DNA of 64,000 nt. Origin: an uncultured Gammaproteobacteria bacterium (GTDB taxonomy: Bacteria > Patescibacteriota > Microgenomatia > UBA1406 > HO2-37-13b). The position numbers were made by a program, and so were the translations under genes. This document shows positions 54,199 through 63,788 of the stretch, piece by piece. Each line of letters starts with the position of its first letter. The stretch's first letter is position 1. The stretch is taken from contig CAYQYZ010000001.1 in assembly GCA_964422025.1 (NCBI GenBank), forward strand, positions 13,410 to 77,409, given 5' to 3'. The notes beneath the pieces are model-generated. The model had not been told where the DNA came from, did not search any database, and worked only from the letters and a program-made list of their open reading frames with translations.

Positions 54199-54765
54199 AT
54201 GAAATTACTACTGATGGATCTTGATGATACGCTTATCGATACGGCCCTATTTAAGCAGGCACTTTTTCAAAAACTTGCCAGTGTATATGACATCGATATT
54301 GAACAGGTTTTGCAAGTTTATGAAGATTTTCGGTCAAAACTTGATATGGACGATTGGATCTATGACTTCACCATGGCGTTTGATCAGGAAGTATGGTTTT
54401 CAACCAAAGACTTAGAACGCATGGGACTTCCCATTGTTGCTCACAAAGAAATGGTCGAGTTTGTTAAAAAGTTCACTGGAACCAAAATAATATTTTCACT
54501 GGGAAATATTAAACTTCAGAAACAGAAAATAGAGCTTGCACAATTGAAGAATTTATTTAATAGTATAATAATCACCAATAAATCCAAAATTGACGCCTTA
54601 AAAGCGTGGAGCCAGGATGGCACTTTGGTCATCGATAATGTGCGTTATGATGAAGTAGTTCTCGTTGATGACAACGAGCCTTTTTTAGAAAACGTTCGCG
54701 AATTGTTTCCCTGGATTACCACACTTAATCCAAAGCAGATGATTACCAAATCACCCATTAATTAA
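54199..54765 (+). CDS. HAD-superfamily hydrolase
   Basis: Motif I LLMDLDDTLIDT at the N-terminus and a late VLVDDN motif. Start at MKLLLMD. Confidence 0.7.
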   Translation: MKLLLMDLDDTLIDTALFKQALFQKLASVYDIDIEQVLQVYEDFRSKLDMDDWIYDFTMAFDQEVWFSTKDLERMGLPIVAHKEMVEFVKKFTGTKIIFSLGNIKLQKQKIELAQLKNLFNSIIITNKSKIDALKAWSQDGTLVIDNVRYDEVVLVDDNEPFLENVRELFPWITTLNPKQMITKSPIN

Positions 54766-54766
54766 T

Positions 54767-55972
54767 ATGAAAAAAATACCATTAGTCATTTTAGCTGCTG
54801 GTAGTGGAACGCGTTTGCGTCCGCTAACTACCACAATCCCAAAACCGCTCATTCAGTTTCTTGGAAAGCCTGTTATGCAGCATAGCATGGAAGCGGCGTT
54901 ACCGTACGTGAGCGAGTTTATTTGCATCGTAGGAGTTCATGAGGAAAAAATTCGAGCTTTTTTTGGAGATGCATTTCATGGTACTCCGATTACGTATATT
55001 GTTCAAACAGAACAATCGGGAACAGGTCATGCATTAAGTTTAGCAGCATCTGCGATCTCCGACGACACGTTTATGTCAATGTATGGCGACGATGTGTATC
55101 CTGCAGATTTTTTTGAGAAAGTTGCTCAACATGATGGTTATGCAATCGTTGGCCAGAAAAAAGAAAACTGGAAAAGCTTCGGAGTTTTGCGAGCGGGAAC
55201 TGATGGAAATCTGACTGAAATAGTTGAAAAACCTTCTGAATTTATAAGCGATCTCGTTAACCCTGGTTTGTATAAATTAGGGACAGACATTTTTTCATTG
55301 TATTCAAGCGTCTCTCTTTCAACCCGAGGAGAGTATGAGCTTACTGATCTAGTGAGCTTATTTATAAAAGAACATCCGGTAAAAGTTTTAGAATTTAAAA
55401 AAGGTTGGTATCCCCTTTCATATCCGTGGAGTCTTTTAGACGTAGTACAAGAGCTTACATCTGAAATGAAACCTTACAATAAGGGAACTATTGAAGAAGG
55501 AGTAATTATACGAGGTACCGTTGTAATTGGAGAAGGAACAGTTATCAAGTCCGGAGCGTATATTGAGGGGAACTTTTACATAGGAAAAAATTGCATTATT
55601 GGTCCGAATTGTTATCTAAAAGGTTTTGGATCGATTGGAGACGAATGTGTCATTGGAAATGCCGTGGAAGTTTGTCGATCAGTTATGGGAAATGGCGTAA
55701 ATATCCGACATCTATCGTATGTCGGCGACAGTGTAATTGGAAATTCTGTTAATTTAGCAGCCGGAACAATTCTCGCGAGTTTACGACACGATGGGAAAAA
55801 TGTACGCGTTACCGTGAATGGAATTCGTGTCGACAGTGGACGTCAAAAATTGGGTGCAATTATTGGTGATAATGTAAAAACAGGAATTCATACAAGTATT
55901 ATGCCTGGGTGTAAACTCGAAGCCGGTCGAGTTACTTTGCCAGCAGAAGTTGTTCGTGAAGACAAACCATGA
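54767..55972 (+). CDS. bifunctional sugar-1-phosphate nucleotidyltransferase / LbH acetyltransferase (GlmU-like)
   Basis: LAAGSGTRLRPLT..PKPL N-terminal nucleotidyltransferase signature and C-terminal hexapeptide repeats. Confidence 0.75.
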   Translation: MKKIPLVILAAGSGTRLRPLTTTIPKPLIQFLGKPVMQHSMEAALPYVSEFICIVGVHEEKIRAFFGDAFHGTPITYIVQTEQSGTGHALSLAASAISDDTFMSMYGDDVYPADFFEKVAQHDGYAIVGQKKENWKSFGVLRAGTDGNLTEIVEKPSEFISDLVNPGLYKLGTDIFSLYSSVSLSTRGEYELTDLVSLFIKEHPVKVLEFKKGWYPLSYPWSLLDVVQELTSEMKPYNKGTIEEGVIIRGTVVIGEGTVIKSGAYIEGNFYIGKNCIIGPNCYLKGFGSIGDECVIGNAVEVCRSVMGNGVNIRHLSYVGDSVIGNSVNLAAGTILASLRHDGKNVRVTVNGIRVDSGRQKLGAIIGDNVKTGIHTSIMPGCKLEAGRVTLPAEVVREDKP

Positions 55973-56934
55973 AAAAAATCGTTGTCATAGGTGGGGGAGC
56001 CGGTACATCAGTTGTGTTGCGAGGTTTGCGTGATTATCCGGTTTCGCTTTCCGCAATAGTGAGTATGATGGATAGCGGAGGTAGCACCGGACGTTTGCGC
56101 AGGCAATATGGAGTTTTGCCACCGGGTGATATTCGGCAAAGCTTGATTGCATTGTCAAATGCTCACCCCGATATTCAGCAGCTTTTCATATATCGATATG
56201 CCTCTGGAGATTTAAAAGGGCACAATATTGGAAACATTCTTTTATCTACCCTCGAGAAAATTGCTCCCGATTATATGTCATCACTTAAGCTTGCCGCAAC
56301 GTTATTACAAGTTGAAGGTGAAGTGATTCCAGTAACTACCAATAATGTGCAGTTGTGTGCCGAATATGAAGACGGCGAAGTTATTCTTGACGAGCATTTA
56401 ATCGATAGTGCTAAACACAAATCAGTTCGGATAAAAAAGGCATATCTTTCTCCAAATGCTCAGGCGACAAAAGAATCTCTGTCTGCAATTGCAAGCGCAG
56501 ACTATTTAATTGTTGGCCCCGGTGATCTTTATACAAGCTTAATACCTAATTTTTTAGTTAAAAACATTGCTGCGGAAATCAGGAAAAGTAAAGCGAAATT
56601 AATTTTTATCACTAATCTTATGACCAAACGAGGGCAAACTACAAAATATGCTTCATCGGATCATGTAAAGGATCTAGAACAGTATATTGGTAAAAAAGCA
56701 GATTACATCCTCGTTAATTCGGAAATAATTCCTGATGAGATTGTAACCTTTTACAAAAAATACCGAGAACATGTAGTGGCCGATGATTTGACGGAAAGCA
56801 GAAATACTCATCGAAAACCTCTTCTTAACGACCAGATCTTTGAAAAAGCTAAAGAGGACAAGGCAAAACGTAGCCTTGTACGTCATGATAGTAAAAAAAT
56901 AGGAAGTGCTATAATGGAGATAATAGGGAACTAG
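55969..56934 (+). CDS. YvcK/CofD-family protein (gluconeogenesis factor-like, UPF0052)
   Basis: VVIGGGAGTSVVLRGL, MDSGGSTGRLR, GPGDLYTSLIPN. Confidence 0.8.
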   Translation: MKKIVVIGGGAGTSVVLRGLRDYPVSLSAIVSMMDSGGSTGRLRRQYGVLPPGDIRQSLIALSNAHPDIQQLFIYRYASGDLKGHNIGNILLSTLEKIAPDYMSSLKLAATLLQVEGEVIPVTTNNVQLCAEYEDGEVILDEHLIDSAKHKSVRIKKAYLSPNAQATKESLSAIASADYLIVGPGDLYTSLIPNFLVKNIAAEIRKSKAKLIFITNLMTKRGQTTKYASSDHVKDLEQYIGKKADYILVNSEIIPDEIVTFYKKYREHVVADDLTESRNTHRKPLLNDQIFEKAKEDKAKRSLVRHDSKKIGSAIMEIIGN

Positions 56935-56936
56935 AT

Positions 56937-57293
56937 ATGCATCACATAATTCATCGACATACTAAATCATTCGGGCATGCCTGGCGCGGGATTTTACACT
57001 CACTTCGTACTCAACCAAATTTTTTAATTCATGTGGCTTTCTCATTAGGAGCTCTTTTACTTGGCTACATGCTTACTATCTCAGCGATTGAGCAAATAGT
57101 AATCGTTCTTGTGATTATATGCGGACTTGCAATTGAACTCATTAATACTGCTATCGAGGAAGCTTGTAACGCGATCGATGGAAACATTCGTGAAGAAATA
57201 AAAATTGCCAAAGACGCGGCGGCTGGGGCAATGTTAGTATATGCAATTGGAGCAATTATTATTGCTGGCCTTATTTTCTTACCCAAATTATAA
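56937..57293 (+). CDS. dgkA: diacylglycerol / undecaprenol kinase (DgkA family)
   Basis: 118 aa, 3 TM helices, ELINTAIE and KDAAAGA motifs. Confidence 0.8.
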   Translation: MHHIIHRHTKSFGHAWRGILHSLRTQPNFLIHVAFSLGALLLGYMLTISAIEQIVIVLVIICGLAIELINTAIEEACNAIDGNIREEIKIAKDAAAGAMLVYAIGAIIIAGLIFLPKL

Positions 57294-57295
57294 CT

Positions 57296-58333
57296 ATGTC
57301 ATTGTATTTATTAGCTTTTTTCATGTCATTTGCTACGAATTTAATTCTTATTATTCCTTTCATCGACTTTTTATACAAAATGAAATTTCAGCGAGCGCGC
57401 CAAGTCACTCGCGATATGTTCGACGAGCGAACCCCTATATTTGACCGCCACCATGCGGTTAAAGCGGGAATTCCTGTCGGAGGAGGCGTTTTAATTTCTG
57501 CAACAACCTTGATTATGTTTTTGGCAAGTATTGCTTATTTTATGATTTCTGGGAAAAATATTGTTTCGAATTATGCATCCGTGTTCTCTGAAATTAAAAT
57601 CATTATTTTCACTCTCGTATCTTTCTCACTATTAGGCCTTTATGACGATGTAAAAAAGATGCTTTTTATAAAAGAAGGATCATTTTTTGGCCTTCGCCTA
57701 CGACATAAGCTGGTAATAGAGATAATTTTGGCGAGCATTATTTCATATATGATGTTTACCGAACTTAAGATCGACATTCTGCACATTCCTTTTTTTGGAG
57801 TATATGAGATTTCATGGTTGTATATGTTATTTTCAACGTTCGTGATCGTATCATTTGCAAATGCGGTTAATATTACTGATGGCCTTGATGGTATGGCAAG
57901 TGGAACTCTTACCATTGCGCTTCTTGCTTTCTGGGCAGTATCAATATCTATTCTTGACACACCGCTTCTTGTTTTTATTGCGATTTGGTTGGGCGGACTC
58001 ATTGCATTTTTATACTTTAATATTTACCCCGCTCGATTAATGCTGGGCGATACAGGAGCATTGGCTTTTGGCGCAACATTCGCAGTCATCGGCTTACTAT
58101 TGGGAAAATCATTCGCATTACCAATCATTGGAGGGGTATTTGTAATTGAAATAACCAGCTCGCTTATTCAACTGCTTAGTCGTCAATTTCGAGGTAAAAA
58201 GGCTTTTCCCGTTGCACCGCTTCATTTGTGGCTCCAACATCGGGGATGGGCTGAACCTACGGTTGTTATGCGTGCATGGATTGCCGGTGCATTATTTGCT
58301 ACATTCGGTCTAATGGTGGCATTTGTGAAATAA
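57296..58333 (+). CDS. mraY: phospho-N-acetylmuramoyl-pentapeptide transferase
   Basis: 10-TM protein with NAVNITDGLDG and APLHLWLQHRGW (the usual MraY H-H motif context). Confidence 0.9.
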   Translation: MSLYLLAFFMSFATNLILIIPFIDFLYKMKFQRARQVTRDMFDERTPIFDRHHAVKAGIPVGGGVLISATTLIMFLASIAYFMISGKNIVSNYASVFSEIKIIIFTLVSFSLLGLYDDVKKMLFIKEGSFFGLRLRHKLVIEIILASIISYMMFTELKIDILHIPFFGVYEISWLYMLFSTFVIVSFANAVNITDGLDGMASGTLTIALLAFWAVSISILDTPLLVFIAIWLGGLIAFLYFNIYPARLMLGDTGALAFGATFAVIGLLLGKSFALPIIGGVFVIEITSSLIQLLSRQFRGKKAFPVAPLHLWLQHRGWAEPTVVMRAWIAGALFATFGLMVAFVK

Positions 58334-58347
58334 ACTCTCTTGGAGTG

Positions 58348-58359
58348 TATAATTAGAGC
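58348..58359 (+). promoter_or_regulatory. -10 hexamer 6 nt upstream of the start (leaderless-type)
   Basis: TATAAT(58348-58353)-tagagc-ATG(58360). Confidence 0.5.
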
Positions 58360-59703
58360 ATGCAAAAAGCTACTGTTTTTGAGTTTTCTTCAATAACTCC
58401 TAACTGGAGTAAAAAGAACATATCGTTTGAATACACGGTTTTTTTTGAAGATGGGGAAAAGCTTGTGTTCAATGAACAAATTGAACTCCCATCAATCCCG
58501 TATGTTGTACAACATGATAGTGAAGCAGTCGTTGCCGCACTCCAGGCCCTTCATTTAATGATAGGAGTTAGTTACTATAAATTGTATTGCCCGGAAACGA
58601 TTACAGCTCCCCAGTATAAACTATCAGCCAAACAAGCCGCTTTCTGGAATACGCTGTATACAAAAGGTCTTGGAGAGTTTTTTTATCAAAATAAAATGGA
58701 TTTTCATGGCTTGGTTAATTTTCCCGTTCATAGTCATCCTCCAAAAATAGAACATGGACACCATAAAAAATCAGGACAATCTCTTGTGTTAATAGGAGGC
58801 GGAAAGGATTCGTTAGTAACCGGGGAACTTGTTAAAAAGAGCGGTCATAAAATTACAGCGCTATATTCTCATCCGATTCAGGAGCGATCGCTCGAGATAT
58901 TGGGAATATCTGGTTTAAAATTTTCTCGCACACTTGATTCGCAACTTCTTGAATTAAACAATCTCCCGTACACTCAAAACGGTCATGTGCCAATAACGGC
59001 TCTTTTATCGTTCTTGGGAGTATTGTGTGCTGTGCTCTATGGATTCGACAACGTAATACTCTCTAATGAGAGAAGTGCTAATTATGGAAATGTAACGTAT
59101 TTAGGTGAAGAAATTAATCATCAATGGAGTAAGTCGCTTGAATGCGAGAAACTTATGAATGAGTATGTCTCCAATTATGTATGTCCGGCAGTTACATATT
59201 TTTCACTTCTGCGACCATTTTATGAAATAAAGATAGTCAAAATTTTCACTCAATTTCCTCAGTATTTCCCTGTTTTTGCCAGCTGTAACCGGAATTTTAA
59301 ACAGCAAAATGATGGTTCAAAAGCGTGGTGTGGAGAATGTCCAAAATGCGCATTTGTTTTTGCTCTGCTCAGTGCTTACGTACCTAAAAAAATGTTGGTA
59401 GAAATATTTGGCAAAGATCTCTATGACGACCCACTACTCTTGCAAACTTACAAAGAACTTCTAGGAACCGAAAATATAAAGCCGTTTGAATGTGTAGGAA
59501 CGCCGCAAGAAACAATGTATGCTATGCATGAAGCGTACAGTTGGGGCGAATATGCTTTGACCCCAATAATGAGATATTTTACTCAGGAAGTGTTGCCAAC
59601 TATAAAAGATGTCGAGGCGCTTCAGAAAGATGTGCTATCATACGGCGACGACGGTAATATTCCTGACGAGTTTAGAAAAATATTGAAAGAGTATGCTAAT
59701 TAA
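58360..59703 (+). CDS. uncharacterised PP-loop-like protein in the dcw cluster; candidate MurL-type epimerase
   Basis: 447 aa. LIGGGKDS resembles the PP-loop SGGxDS motif. A late WCGECPKC cysteine cluster is as seen in QueC-type PP-loop enzymes. The gene lies directly upstream of and overlaps murD. Confidence 0.45.
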   Translation: MQKATVFEFSSITPNWSKKNISFEYTVFFEDGEKLVFNEQIELPSIPYVVQHDSEAVVAALQALHLMIGVSYYKLYCPETITAPQYKLSAKQAAFWNTLYTKGLGEFFYQNKMDFHGLVNFPVHSHPPKIEHGHHKKSGQSLVLIGGGKDSLVTGELVKKSGHKITALYSHPIQERSLEILGISGLKFSRTLDSQLLELNNLPYTQNGHVPITALLSFLGVLCAVLYGFDNVILSNERSANYGNVTYLGEEINHQWSKSLECEKLMNEYVSNYVCPAVTYFSLLRPFYEIKIVKIFTQFPQYFPVFASCNRNFKQQNDGSKAWCGECPKCAFVFALLSAYVPKKMLVEIFGKDLYDDPLLLQTYKELLGTENIKPFECVGTPQETMYAMHEAYSWGEYALTPIMRYFTQEVLPTIKDVEALQKDVLSYGDDGNIPDEFRKILKEYAN

Positions 59704-60919
59704 CAAGCTTCGAGAGTATAAAAAGATTCTTATAGTTGGATATGGAGTTGAAGGAAAATCGACGCAAGCTTTTTTACAAAAATATCATCCTGACGCGCAG
59801 TTGACTATTGTAGATCAGCGCGACGGAGAGGATTATTTGGCACATCAAGAATCGTTTGATTTGGCAATTAAAACACCCAGCGTTTCTCCTAAAAGCATAA
59901 CCATTCCATATACCACTCAAACCAATATTTTTTTTGCAAATATTGACAAGAAGAAAATTGGGATCACCGGTTCAAAAGGAAAAAGCTCGACTGCTACATT
60001 ACTCCATCAAACATTACAGAGTGCGGGACGGTCTGCAAAATTATTGGGAAATATTGGCTACCCAATGCTTGACTATTTTTTGGGGGAAATGAGTGATAAC
60101 GATATATTCATTATCGAACTTTCAAGTTATCAACTAACAGATATTCAATATTCCCCTCATATTGCTTGTTTTCTAAATATTTTTGACGATCATATCGTCC
60201 AGCATGGGTCACGTAAAGAGTACTTTGATGCTAAAGCAAATATAGTCAAATATAGCTCTGAAGGAGATTATCTTATATATAACGGAGCATTTCCAGAAAT
60301 TGCGCAACTTGCGCAAATAACGAAAGCGCAGGGGATTGATTTTTCTGCTAGAAAAGATGAGCAGAGTCCTTCTCATCCTCAACTCAGTTCAGACTCAATC
60401 AGAGCAGCACACGAGATTGCCCGGCTATTAAATATCTCAGACGACATTTTCAGTGCCAGTGTTGCGAATTTTTCAGGACTTCCTCATAGACTTCAAAAAG
60501 TAGGGGAGTATAGAGGAATTACATTTATAAATGATTCATCAGCCACTACTCCCGAAGCTGCAGTTTTTGCAGTTGACCATTTACCAAAAATTGACACAAT
60601 CCTCCTTGGAGGGCTCGATCGCCAGTTAGACATAGGCGAATTAGTTACCAGAGCAACTCGAAAAAGCATTAAGCATTACATTCTATTTCCCGATACCCAA
60701 GAAAAATTAAAACAACAGTTACTCAAAGCAGGCGCTCCCGACGAGTCAATCCATTTCGCGCAAAACATGCAAGAAGCAGTAACCCTCTGCTATCAATATT
60801 CCACACCAGGAGATATATGTCTTCTTTCCCCCGGGTTTGCCAGTTACAATCAATATGCAAACTTTCCTGCTCGAGGTGACGACTTCGCTCGTTTAGTTCA
60901 GGAACTGGCATCGCAATAA
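59693..60919 (+). CDS. murD: UDP-N-acetylmuramoylalanine--glutamate ligase (MurD family)
   Basis: ILIVGYGVEGKS Rossmann motif, GITGSKGKSSTA P-loop, NDSSATTPEA. Confidence 0.85.
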   Translation: MLINKLREYKKILIVGYGVEGKSTQAFLQKYHPDAQLTIVDQRDGEDYLAHQESFDLAIKTPSVSPKSITIPYTTQTNIFFANIDKKKIGITGSKGKSSTATLLHQTLQSAGRSAKLLGNIGYPMLDYFLGEMSDNDIFIIELSSYQLTDIQYSPHIACFLNIFDDHIVQHGSRKEYFDAKANIVKYSSEGDYLIYNGAFPEIAQLAQITKAQGIDFSARKDEQSPSHPQLSSDSIRAAHEIARLLNISDDIFSASVANFSGLPHRLQKVGEYRGITFINDSSATTPEAAVFAVDHLPKIDTILLGGLDRQLDIGELVTRATRKSIKHYILFPDTQEKLKQQLLKAGAPDESIHFAQNMQEAVTLCYQYSTPGDICLLSPGFASYNQYANFPARGDDFARLVQELASQ

Positions 60920-60924
60920 TTCCT

Positions 60925-62031
60925 ATGATACGTCGAGTTAAACGTGCACAAATTGCACAAGCAGTAAAAAATCGCAAGAATTCGCTCATTCTTTTTTTCC
61001 TACCAATAATACTCACCATCATTGGCTTATTCTTTATTTTTGATGCTTCATCCATCAGTGCCTTTCGAATATTCGGCGATAGCTTTTATTTCTTTAAAGC
61101 ACAAGCGATGTGGATGATGATTGGAGTAACTTCGATGGTGTTTTTTTCTCGTTTTGATTACCACAAACTATATTATCTTGCGTTTCCTGCACTAATTGTT
61201 TCTATATTACTTCTTGTTGCCGTGCTTATTCCAGGGATCGGAGTTACTGTACTCGGAGCTCGGCGATGGATTTCATTTGGTGGAGCCTCGCTACAGCCTT
61301 CCGAAATTGCGAAATTTGGAGTAATACTTTATTTATGCTCGTGGTTTCGCTATAAAGAGCGCAATCGGTTTGGATCTTTTTTATTACTTTTGGGATTGGT
61401 CATGGCGCTTATTATGGTACAACCCGACATGGGAACGGCAATTATTATCGGAAGTCTGTTTGTGGCCGTTTATTACATAGCGGGGAATAGTTTGAGTCAT
61501 TTACTTTTTTTAGTTCCTGTAGGAATTGCGGCCGCATTAGTTCTTATTAAAATGGCTCCATATCGGCTTAAACGACTAACCGTATTTTTAGATCCTCAAA
61601 GTGACCCCATGGGAATTGGGTATCATGTAAATCAGATTTTGATTTCACTATCAGGAGGAGGAATTTTTGGTCGTGGACTTTCAGCATCACGCCAAAAATA
61701 CCAATTTCTACCAGAAGCCCATACTGATTCTATTTTTGCTATTATAGGAGAAGAAGTGGGATTTGTAGGAAGTATGCTTCTTATAATCGCATTCGTAACA
61801 CTATTGGCAAATATCTATTTAGTCGCGCAAAATTCCAAAGATCGCCTTGGACAGTTGCTTGCAGGGGCAGTATTTACATTAGTATGCTTGCAAGTAGTGA
61901 TTAATTTAGGAAGTATGGTTGGAGTAATGCCACTTACTGGTGTTCCACTTCCGTTTATTTCCTATGGAGGATCAAGTTTGCTTATATTTTTCTCACTCAT
62001 GGGAGTGGTTATAAATATTTCACGAAAATGA
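60925..62031 (+). CDS. ftsW: SEDS-family cell division protein FtsW
   Basis: 10-TM SEDS protein (LQPSEIAK, PEAHTDSIFA, GVPLPFISYGGSS) between murD and murG. Confidence 0.85.
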   Translation: MIRRVKRAQIAQAVKNRKNSLILFFLPIILTIIGLFFIFDASSISAFRIFGDSFYFFKAQAMWMMIGVTSMVFFSRFDYHKLYYLAFPALIVSILLLVAVLIPGIGVTVLGARRWISFGGASLQPSEIAKFGVILYLCSWFRYKERNRFGSFLLLLGLVMALIMVQPDMGTAIIIGSLFVAVYYIAGNSLSHLLFLVPVGIAAALVLIKMAPYRLKRLTVFLDPQSDPMGIGYHVNQILISLSGGGIFGRGLSASRQKYQFLPEAHTDSIFAIIGEEVGFVGSMLLIIAFVTLLANIYLVAQNSKDRLGQLLAGAVFTLVCLQVVINLGSMVGVMPLTGVPLPFISYGGSSLLIFFSLMGVVINISRK

Positions 62032-63110
62032 AAATTTTAATAACAGGTGGACATATTACCACGGCTCTTGCGGTCATTGAAGAGTTGCAGAAACATAATG
62101 GTGTGGAAATTGTAGTAGTTGGCAGGAAATATGCGGTGGATCACGAAAATACCGAGTCTTTTGAGTATAAAACGCTAAAGAAAAGAAATATTCGTTTTTT
62201 TCATCTAGCTGCGGGGAGGCTGACGCGATCATTCTCCATATATTCAATCATAAGTGTTTTCAAATTTCCAGTAGGTTTTTTACATGCGCTTAACCTCCTC
62301 AAGAAAGAGCGTCCTACTCATATTTTAAGTTTTGGTGGATACATTGCGTTGCCTATTGCAATAGGAGCGTACATTTTAGGAATTCCAGTATTCACTCATG
62401 AACAGACCATGCGCCCGGGATCCACAAATAGACTTATTGCTCAATTTGCAAAGAAAGTATTTGTATCATTCGATGGAGCAAAAAAGTTTTTTCCTTCAAA
62501 CAAAACGATTCTTACGGGGAATCCGGTTCGCTCAGTTATCCTTGAGCTAAGGCAAGAGACGACTGCGCGACCAACACTTCTCATCATGGGCGGATCTTTA
62601 GGATCGCACAGTATTAATGTTCATATAGAGAAAATTGTGGATGAGCTAACAAAAACGTTTACCGTTATTCATCAAACCGGAAACGTGGCGCAATACGGTG
62701 ATTATGCGCGTTTGAAAGAGAAGGAAAGTGAACTGTACAAAATATTTGAACATTTTGATGAGAAACAGCTTGCGGCATATTATGCGCAGTCATCACTTGT
62801 AGTAAGTAGATCTGGGGCTAACACAGTATGTGAACTCATCGCGCTTCAAAAACCAAGCGTATTAATCCCACTTCCCTGGGCAGCGAATGGAGAGCAGCAG
62901 GCGCAGGCCGATTTTATGCGCAATAGTGGCGTTAGTGAAACATTCGGTCAGGAGCAAGAGAGTGCGGTTTTATTACAAAAAATCCTCTCCGTATACTCAG
63001 CAAGCGACAGGTATAGAGAGAGTTTTAGTCGCCTAAAAGACCAACAAAGCCTCATCGCTCACGCAGCTCCTATTATCGTCGACGAATTGATCCATGAAAA
63101 GAATTCCTAA
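62028..63110 (+). CDS. murG: undecaprenyldiphospho-muramoylpentapeptide beta-N-acetylglucosaminyltransferase
   Basis: ILITGGHITTALAV (G-loop 1), GGSLGS, SRSGANTVCEL, EQQAQA. Confidence 0.8.
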   Translation: MKILITGGHITTALAVIEELQKHNGVEIVVVGRKYAVDHENTESFEYKTLKKRNIRFFHLAAGRLTRSFSIYSIISVFKFPVGFLHALNLLKKERPTHILSFGGYIALPIAIGAYILGIPVFTHEQTMRPGSTNRLIAQFAKKVFVSFDGAKKFFPSNKTILTGNPVRSVILELRQETTARPTLLIMGGSLGSHSINVHIEKIVDELTKTFTVIHQTGNVAQYGDYARLKEKESELYKIFEHFDEKQLAAYYAQSSLVVSRSGANTVCELIALQKPSVLIPLPWAANGEQQAQADFMRNSGVSETFGQEQESAVLLQKILSVYSASDRYRESFSRLKDQQSLIAHAAPIIVDELIHEKNS

Positions 63111-63786
63111 ACGAACACTTATTTTGATCGCTTTTTTAAGTGCAATCCTTCTTTCCTTTTTAGTCTATAAAACACTCTCAGTCACTACTATTGAGCTGCA
63201 TGGAGCGCAGACTCTTATTGGCCTTGATCAGTTCACTATGAAGCCACTCTTCCTCATAAATAGCAATGATGCATCTCAAGATCTTCTAAGTAGAAATCCT
63301 TCATTTGAGCGCATCGAAATATCTCGGCAGTACCCAAATAGGCTTATTATTACAGCTACAAAGAGTAAGATGGTCGGGGCACTCAAAGTTTCAAGTGGGT
63401 TTTATGAAATTAGTAGCACGGGAAAGGTTCTTTCCAAAGTGCGTACGAAAGAGGGTAAACTGCCGCTTATTCTATTACAACAACTCTTACCCTATGAGTC
63501 ATATTCTGTTGGACAGATCATGAGTAATCGCGAGGTTGTTTTTAGTGCCTATTTGTTGGGTCAATTTGCGCAAAATAATATTCCTATTGAGACGGTTGAA
63601 ATGCAGGGATTTGATGTGGTACTATGTAAAGGTGCTGGACATACATATGTGTTTTCAGCAAGTAAAGACAAGGTAGCACAGTTTTCGGACTTTGCCGTCA
63701 TATACCGGCAGTTTTTTGTTGAAGGGAAAAAATATAGCAAAATCGATGTACGTTTCGACAAACCAGTCGTCGTGTTTGAAAAGTAA
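63094..63786 (+). CDS. ftsQ: FtsQ-like cell division protein (POTRA)
   Basis: 230 aa with an N-terminal TM helix then a POTRA-like region. Canonical position between murG and ftsA. Confidence 0.65.
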   Translation: MKRIPKRTLILIAFLSAILLSFLVYKTLSVTTIELHGAQTLIGLDQFTMKPLFLINSNDASQDLLSRNPSFERIEISRQYPNRLIITATKSKMVGALKVSSGFYEISSTGKVLSKVRTKEGKLPLILLQQLLPYESYSVGQIMSNREVVFSAYLLGQFAQNNIPIETVEMQGFDVVLCKGAGHTYVFSASKDKVAQFSDFAVIYRQFFVEGKKYSKIDVRFDKPVVVFEK

Positions 63787-63788
63787 TT

